DNA of 64,000 bases from Patescibacteria group bacterium (GTDB lineage: Bacteria; Patescibacteriota; Minisyncoccia; Phycocordibacterales; JAKFXT01): NCBI GenBank assembly GCA_021731245.1, contig JAKFXT010000015.1, positions 14,889 to 78,888 of the forward strand. The letters run 5' to 3'. A model generated the notes under the pieces. It made no database searches. It was not told the DNA's origin and was given only the letters and a program-made list of their open reading frames with translations. This document shows, piece after piece, positions 58,135 through 64,000 of this stretch (position 1 is its first letter; the number at the start of each line of letters is the position of its first letter). The position numbers and the translations under genes are program-made.

Positions 58135-59129
58135 TTTTTTTAAAGAAAATATTTAAGTTTTTTTTGGGAGTCATTTTTTTGATAGTTTTTATCGTGGCTA
58201 TTTTTTCTTTTCGTAAAACGCCAGATAATATATCTTATGGAGTTTCTTTCAGTAAGTATCGTGCCGATGAACTGGGTCTACCTTATAGAGAAACATTTAT
58301 ATCAATTCTCGATGATTTGAAAGTAAGGGATTTTAGATTATCAGCTCACTGGCCAATGATTGAACCTGAAAAGGATGTTTTTAATTTTATCGATTTAGAC
58401 TTTCAAATAGAAGAAGCAAAAAAAAGAAAAGCTGAAGTTATTTTGGCTATAGGAAGAAGACTTCCGAGTTGGCCAGAGTGCCACATTCCAGGATGGGCCA
58501 GAGATTTATCTTGGGAAGATCAGAAAAAAGAAATTCTTTCTTATTTAGAGAAAACAGTAGAAAGATATAAGGGATATGAAAATATAAAATACTGGCAAGT
58601 AGAAAACGAGCCTTATCTTTCCATTTTTGCTAAAGAACATTGTGGGGAATTAGACAAGGAGTTTTTAAAAGAAGAAATAGCTTTAGTTAAAAAATTAGAC
58701 CCAGAAAGAAAAGTTCTAGTCACAGATAGTGGTAATTTGGGGCTTTGGTACGGAGCTTGGAAATCAGGAGATGTCTTTGGTACCAGTGTTTATATATATC
58801 TTTGGAATCCAGAAATTGGACAAGTTAAAACTATTTACAGGCCATTCGTTTACAAAGCAAAAACAAATATTTCTGAGTTTTTCTTTGGTAAAAAAGACTC
58901 ACTTTTGATAGAGCTTGCACTAGAGCCTTGGTTAATTGAGCCTATAACGACCGCAAGTATTGAGACTCAAATAAATAGAATGGATATAGCAAAATTTGAT
59001 GAAATAATAAATTTTTCAAAAAAGACAGGCTTTTCTGAACAATACCTTTGGGGGGTTGAGTGGTGGTATTGGATGAAAAATAAAGGTCATAGTGAGTATT
59101 TTGATAAAGCGAAAGAAATTTTTGAATAA
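58131..59129 (+). CDS. Membrane-anchored GH-A clan glycoside hydrolase (GH5/GH42-like)
   Basis: W..IEP....F.F..LD, WPECHIP.W, QVENEP, IEL.LEPW. Confidence 0.75.
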   Translation: MIFLKKIFKFFLGVIFLIVFIVAIFSFRKTPDNISYGVSFSKYRADELGLPYRETFISILDDLKVRDFRLSAHWPMIEPEKDVFNFIDLDFQIEEAKKRKAEVILAIGRRLPSWPECHIPGWARDLSWEDQKKEILSYLEKTVERYKGYENIKYWQVENEPYLSIFAKEHCGELDKEFLKEEIALVKKLDPERKVLVTDSGNLGLWYGAWKSGDVFGTSVYIYLWNPEIGQVKTIYRPFVYKAKTNISEFFFGKKDSLLIELALEPWLIEPITTASIETQINRMDIAKFDEIINFSKKTGFSEQYLWGVEWWYWMKNKGHSEYFDKAKEIFE

Positions 59130-59199
59130 TAGGATATTTTAAAAGTTCTAGATTTATCTTCTTTTTCTTGCTAAATTGCCCATACTTAATATTGATTAA

Positions 59200-60738
59200 A
59201 TGGATTACAAAGATACAGAGTATTTTAAGGTCGGTCGCGCAAGCGACTTGTCTGGTATAGACAGATTTGTCTATAGATGTCTTGAAATACTGCCCGGATT
59301 TCTTTCTTGGGGCACTATTATTATGACAGTCGTACTCTCTTTTTATGCGCCAGTTGCAGCGGCATATTTTATTATAGCTTTTGACATATACTGGTTACTT
59401 AAAACAGTCTATCTTTCATTCCACCTGCAATATAACTGGAGACGCTTGAAGCACAATATTTCCGCCGACTGGTCTTTAATGCTTTCGAAGTTAAAGTATG
59501 AACAGGTGTATCATCTCATCGTCTTACCTTTTTATAAGGAGGATATTGAAGTTGTAGAACAGAGTTTAAAAAGTATAGTTGATTCAAAGTACGATAAGAA
59601 AAAAATATCGGTTGTTTTGGCAACAGAGGAAAGGGCGGGAGACGGTGCGCAAAAAATAGCCAGAACAATAGAAGAAAAATATGCTAATTTTTTCGGTAGT
59701 TTTTTAATCACCAAACACCCTGAAGACGTTGCTGGAGAAATCGCTGCAAAGGGTTCAAACATAACTTATGCAACGGAAGAAGCGAGAGTTAATATTTTAG
59801 ATAAAAATAAAATACCTTATGAAAATGTTTTGGTGTCTGCTTTTGATATAGACACTGTTGTTTATAAACATTACTTCTCATGTCTCACTTGGCATTTTCT
59901 GACCGTGCCAGATCCATACAAAGTCTCATTCCAGCCTGTACCATTTTATAATAATAATATTTGGCGAGCCCCAGCACTCTCTCGTGTTGCAGCAGGTTCC
60001 AGTACTTTTTGGCAAATGATGCAACAAGAAAGACCAGAAAAATTGGCAACCTTCTCCTCTCATTCTGTGGCGTTTAAATCTCTTTATGAAATAGGTTATT
60101 GGCAAAAAAATATGGTCAACGAAGACTCAAGAATATTTTGGAATTTATTTTTATCCAGAAACGGTGATTACTCGGTAGTGCCTCTATCTTATCCAGTATC
60201 AATGGATGCCAACGTAGCCCCAACGCTTTGGCAAACAGTAAAAAATGTTTACCGACAGCATAGACGTTGGACATATGGTGCAGAAAATCTTCCTTACATA
60301 CTTTTTGGTTTCATTAAAAATAAAAAAATACCACTTTGGACAAAAATAAAAACATCGTTTGTTCAGATTGAAGGTTTTTGGTCTCTTGCAACAAACCCAA
60401 TACTAATTTTCCTTTTGGGATGGCTCCCTGTAATTATTGGGGGATATAAATTTAATGAAACATTGCTCTCGTATAATTTGCCGATTTTGACTAGAAACAT
60501 AATGATTGTGGCGATGCTTGGCCTTATTATGTCATCTATTATATTCATATCGCTTCTACCAGAGCCCCCAAGAGATAGAAATAAACCATCAAAGTTTGCC
60601 TTGGTTTTACAGTGGATTCTAGTTCCTTTCACCATACTATTTTTCGGAGCCTTTCCTGGACTTGATGCTCAGACTAGACTAATGTTTGGTAAATATATGG
60701 GTTTTTGGGTTACACCAAAACATAGGGATAAAATATAA
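59200..60738 (+). CDS. Processive GT2 membrane glycosyltransferase
   Basis: P.YKE, FDID, NED, QHRRW; flanking TM helices. Confidence 0.85.
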   Translation: MDYKDTEYFKVGRASDLSGIDRFVYRCLEILPGFLSWGTIIMTVVLSFYAPVAAAYFIIAFDIYWLLKTVYLSFHLQYNWRRLKHNISADWSLMLSKLKYEQVYHLIVLPFYKEDIEVVEQSLKSIVDSKYDKKKISVVLATEERAGDGAQKIARTIEEKYANFFGSFLITKHPEDVAGEIAAKGSNITYATEEARVNILDKNKIPYENVLVSAFDIDTVVYKHYFSCLTWHFLTVPDPYKVSFQPVPFYNNNIWRAPALSRVAAGSSTFWQMMQQERPEKLATFSSHSVAFKSLYEIGYWQKNMVNEDSRIFWNLFLSRNGDYSVVPLSYPVSMDANVAPTLWQTVKNVYRQHRRWTYGAENLPYILFGFIKNKKIPLWTKIKTSFVQIEGFWSLATNPILIFLLGWLPVIIGGYKFNETLLSYNLPILTRNIMIVAMLGLIMSSIIFISLLPEPPRDRNKPSKFALVLQWILVPFTILFFGAFPGLDAQTRLMFGKYMGFWVTPKHRDKI

Positions 60739-60741
60739 TAA

Positions 60742-61623
60742 ATGGAACCACTTTCACGAAGAAAAAGAGTATCGTATTTTGTCATTCTCACTATTGTTTT
60801 TTTTATAGTGTCTCCACTTTTAATTCTATATGCCAAGGGGTACCGTCCAAATTTCGGAGAAGTCTTCAAGCTGGCTTTAACAGGAGGACTTTATATAAGC
60901 GCCGATGAGGCGGGAGTTTCTATTTATGTGAATGATAATTTAGTTAGAAAAACAAATATTGTGCAGAAAAGTATTTTCGTACAAGATTTAAAACCTGGGA
61001 CTTATGAAATAAAAGTTTCCAAAGATGACCAGCAATCTTGGAGTAAGTCTCTAAAAGTTTTTCCAGAGCTGGTAACAGAGGCAAGACCTTTTCTTGTAGA
61101 TACAGAAATTACAATTGAAGAAATTACAAGATTTTTAAATACTAGTAATACTGCAACTACAAGCTCATCAACAAAACCTTTAGCTAAGAATCCTGAGTAT
61201 GAAAATGTGAATTTAATTTTTACAACAATTCCTTTAAAAGCAACTACAACTAAGGCCACAAGCACTCCACCTAACGCTAAATCTATAAGAAGGGTCACTG
61301 TGGAAAACAAAGCGGGAGAGTTACATGTTTCTTGGGCAGGGGAAGAAGATTCAATCCCTTATTATTTTTGTGAGAATATTGATTGTAAAAAAGAAATTAT
61401 TATTAAAACACCATCACTTGTTAAATCTCATGATTTTTTCCCAGGACGTGATGATCTTTTAATTGTTAGATTAGAGGATGGAATTTATGTAATTGAAATT
61501 GATGATAGATCAAAGCAAAATATCCAAAAATTGGTTTCTGGGGGCGAATTTGATTTTAAAATTATAGATGGTGGTAATTTGTATATAAAGAGTGGTCTCA
61601 AGATTTATTCAGTGTCCTTATAA
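60742..61623 (+). CDS. PEGA-domain membrane-anchored protein
   Basis: TM helix, YAKGYR, GGLYI, LKPGTYEIKVSKD..SW.K. Confidence 0.75.
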   Translation: MEPLSRRKRVSYFVILTIVFFIVSPLLILYAKGYRPNFGEVFKLALTGGLYISADEAGVSIYVNDNLVRKTNIVQKSIFVQDLKPGTYEIKVSKDDQQSWSKSLKVFPELVTEARPFLVDTEITIEEITRFLNTSNTATTSSSTKPLAKNPEYENVNLIFTTIPLKATTTKATSTPPNAKSIRRVTVENKAGELHVSWAGEEDSIPYYFCENIDCKKEIIIKTPSLVKSHDFFPGRDDLLIVRLEDGIYVIEIDDRSKQNIQKLVSGGEFDFKIIDGGNLYIKSGLKIYSVSL

Positions 61624-61652
61624 ATAAGACTTAATTTGAGTATAATTTAAAT

Positions 61653-62402
61653 ATGAAAGACGAAGGCAAAGAAAAAAATAAGAAAGGTCACTTACACCCC
61701 ATGACTTTAATGGTCAATGATATCGCTACTATTTTTCGTAAAATGGGTTTTGCTATTGCAGAAGGACCTGAAATAGAGACAGAACATTATAATTTTGACG
61801 CTTTGAATATTCCCGAATGGCATCCAGCACGCGATATGTGGGATACTTTTTGGCTGAAACCTCTTAAAGATAGAAAGTTGCTTAGAACCCATACAAGTCC
61901 AGTACAGCTTCGTTATATGGAGAAAATGGGAGCGCCCCTCAGAGTTGTTGTCCCAGGGAAGGTTTATAGACACGAAGCAACTGACGCAACGCACGAAGCA
62001 CAATTTTATCAATTAGAAGGATTAATGATTGAAGAAAATTGTAGCTTAGCTCACTTTAAAGGGGTGTTGGAGCAATTTTTCAGTGAATTTTTTAATACTA
62101 AAGTTTCCATGCGTCTTCGACCCTCTTATTTTCCATTCGTGGAGCCAGGAGTAGAGGCTGATATAACTTGTATAAAATGTGAGGGCATTGGATGTTCTAT
62201 GTGTAAACAGACAGGCTGGATTGAGCTTATGGGGGCAGGAATGGTTCACCCTAAGGTTTTAGAGTGGGGCGGTATTGATTCAAAAAAATATAAAGGATTT
62301 GCTTTTGGAGCTGGGATAGATAGATTGGGCGTTTTGAAATACGGAATAGATAATATTCGCATTTCTTATAATGGAGATCTTCGCCTCACGAATCAATTTT
62401 AA
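61653..62402 (+). CDS. pheS: Phenylalanine-tRNA ligase alpha subunit (short)
   Basis: GHLHP, HPARD..DTF, LRTHTSP, FPFVEP, GFAFG.G.DR. Confidence 0.96.
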   Translation: MKDEGKEKNKKGHLHPMTLMVNDIATIFRKMGFAIAEGPEIETEHYNFDALNIPEWHPARDMWDTFWLKPLKDRKLLRTHTSPVQLRYMEKMGAPLRVVVPGKVYRHEATDATHEAQFYQLEGLMIEENCSLAHFKGVLEQFFSEFFNTKVSMRLRPSYFPFVEPGVEADITCIKCEGIGCSMCKQTGWIELMGAGMVHPKVLEWGGIDSKKYKGFAFGAGIDRLGVLKYGIDNIRISYNGDLRLTNQF

Positions 62403-62405
62403 AAT

Positions 62406-64000
62406 ATGAAAATATCTAGAAATTGGTTACAAACTTTTTTTGAAAGTAATTTACCACCAACTGACAAATTGGCTGATGGCCTTACTATGCACGCCTTTGA
62501 AATTGAAGGTGTAGAGAAAAAGGAGGGAGATGAAATTTTGGATGTAAAAGTCCTTCCAAATCGCTCTCATGATTGCCTCTGTCATTATGGCATTGCTAAA
62601 GAAGTAAGTTCTATTTTTGAATTACCCTTGTCAAAGAAACCTTTTGAAGAAAAACCGAGAACATTTCCTCAATCAAATGAATTTTCAGTTGAAATTGATA
62701 CTGATAAGGTGAAGCGTTTTAAAGCCCTTGTAATTCACGGAGTAAAAGTTGCTCCGTCTCCAAAGTGGCTACAGGAAGCGATTATTTCTATGGGAGGTCG
62801 TTCAATAAATAATATTGTAGATATAACAAACTTTGTGATGTTTGAATTGGGCCAGCCAATGCACGCTTTCGATATGAATAAATTTGGTTCCAAAGATAAT
62901 AAATCTTTTGTCGTTCGTGAATCTAAAGAAGTAGAAAAAGTTACTACTCTTGATGGAATAGAAAGAGAATTAAAAGACGGGGCTCTGCTTATAACGGATG
63001 GAGAAAATAAAGGCAAAACAATATTAGGTATTGCTGGAATTAAGGGTGGGTCATCTTCAGAAATTACAGACAAGACAACAGATATTATTCTAGAAGCAGC
63101 TACCTTTGATGCTCCGACCATAAGAAAACACTCTAAATTATTGGGAATTAGAACAGACGCTTCTATTCGTTTTGAAAATGATATTTCAAGTGAACTCCCG
63201 CCCTACGCTATTTCCTATGCACTTGACTTGATAGAGAAATTAGCAAAAGGAGAGAATTTTCAAGTAGAGGGGGAGTTTGATTTTAAAAAGGGGGATTACA
63301 AAGAAAAAAAGATAAGCATTTCTCTAAAAGAAATAAACAATATTCTTGGGACAAAATTAAGCGACAGAGAAGTCAGTGCCATATTATCTCGACTAATGTT
63401 TTCTTTTGAAGAGAAAGGAGGAGAGTTTGAAGTTACAGCACCCTTTGAAAGATTAGATTTAGAAATCCCTGAGGACATAGCCGAAGAAGTCGGCCGTATT
63501 TATGGTTTGGAACACATAGAATCTATTTTGCCAGAAAAGTTTGAAAAGGAAGTTGAAATTAATCAAGATTTCTATAAGTTACAAAAGATTCGCCAAAAAT
63601 TGATTGAAGATGGTTTTTCGGAAGTTTATACATACTCTATGAGAGGTGATGGTGAAATAGAAATAGAAAATCCAATAGCGAGCGACAAATCTTTTATGCG
63701 AGGAAACTTGAGTGACGGAGTTAAATTAGCTTTAGAATTAAATATTAGAAATGCTCCAATTCTTGGTCTTAAGGATATAAAGATATTCGAAATTGGAGTA
63801 GTTTTTCAGAAAGACAAAGAAGAAGTGCGTTTGTGTATCGGAACCTCAAATAAAGGAAAAATAAACATAGAAGAACTTAATCTTAAAGAGGTTTATGAAA
63901 AGTTTCCTGTATCAGATTTAAATGAAGAGGAAATAAATAAAATAAAACTTGATAAAAAAGAAATAAAATATAAATCAATTTCACCTTATCCATTTGCATT
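62406..64000 (+). CDS. pheT: Phenylalanine-tRNA ligase beta subunit (3' truncated by window edge)
   Basis: MKISRNWL, PNRSHDCL, INNIVDITN, GQPMHAFD, RLDLEIPEDIAEEVGRIYG. Confidence 0.93.
   Translation, partial: MKISRNWLQTFFESNLPPTDKLADGLTMHAFEIEGVEKKEGDEILDVKVLPNRSHDCLCHYGIAKEVSSIFELPLSKKPFEEKPRTFPQSNEFSVEIDTDKVKRFKALVIHGVKVAPSPKWLQEAIISMGGRSINNIVDITNFVMFELGQPMHAFDMNKFGSKDNKSFVVRESKEVEKVTTLDGIERELKDGALLITDGENKGKTILGIAGIKGGSSSEITDKTTDIILEAATFDAPTIRKHSKLLGIRTDASIRFENDISSELPPYAISYALDLIEKLAKGENFQVEGEFDFKKGDYKEKKISISLKEINNILGTKLSDREVSAILSRLMFSFEEKGGEFEVTAPFERLDLEIPEDIAEEVGRIYGLEHIESILPEKFEKEVEINQDFYKLQKIRQKLIEDGFSEVYTYSMRGDGEIEIENPIASDKSFMRGNLSDGVKLALELNIRNAPILGLKDIKIFEIGVVFQKDKEEVRLCIGTSNKGKINIEELNLKEVYEKFPVSDLNEEEINKIKLDKKEIKYKSISPYPFA

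Noticed and set aside
1-64000. CRISPR array, rRNA, transposase, or TGA recoding
   Set aside because: No spaced direct repeats, rRNA or transposase motifs seen; conserved genes are intact under code 11 and several end at TGA

Overview
AT-rich bacterial chromosome segment. The gene content points by inference to Patescibacteria/CPR (Parcubacteria-like): short PheS, PheT lacking the B2 domain, split transketolase, Wzy_C-TPR ligase, DUF5671-like protein, few SD sites, and TGA used as stop. Layout: surface-glycan locus (1-19.2 kb: GT4s, methyltransferases, a KdsB-like CMP-sugar operon, flippase, O-antigen-ligase/TPR); murB, secA, P1B ATPase, DsbA/VKOR and membrane genes, obgE, gatB; a glycolysis/pentose-phosphate block (gap, rpiB, rpe, split tkt, pfkB, fba); rplY, rpmE, prfA, rpsB, tsf, tRNA-Thr(TGT); a GH1-EamA-GH-GT2 cluster; pheS and a partial pheT. 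Best leads: (1) a 47.5-53.8 kb cluster with two paralogous exported precursor-like peptides (leader-ADVP...GxCD...GSGCDG[AS]W) beside a membrane rhodanese, two TPR proteins, a Cys-repeat protein and a PRTase/beta-propeller fusion; (2) four copies of an inverted-repeat element, CCCGTTAGA(A/G)A-N38-90-T(T/C)TCTAATGGG+start codon, whose right arm runs directly into the start codon; (3) a promoter-driven, highly structured ~200-nt RNA with a 29-codon ORF before murB; (4) an unannotated 20-aa Lys-rich microprotein; (5) three GC-richer orphan genes sharing a promoter-hairpin-SD-terminator architecture. No CRISPR, rRNA, integrase or transposase was seen. All functional calls come from motif recognition by eye; no database searches were run.
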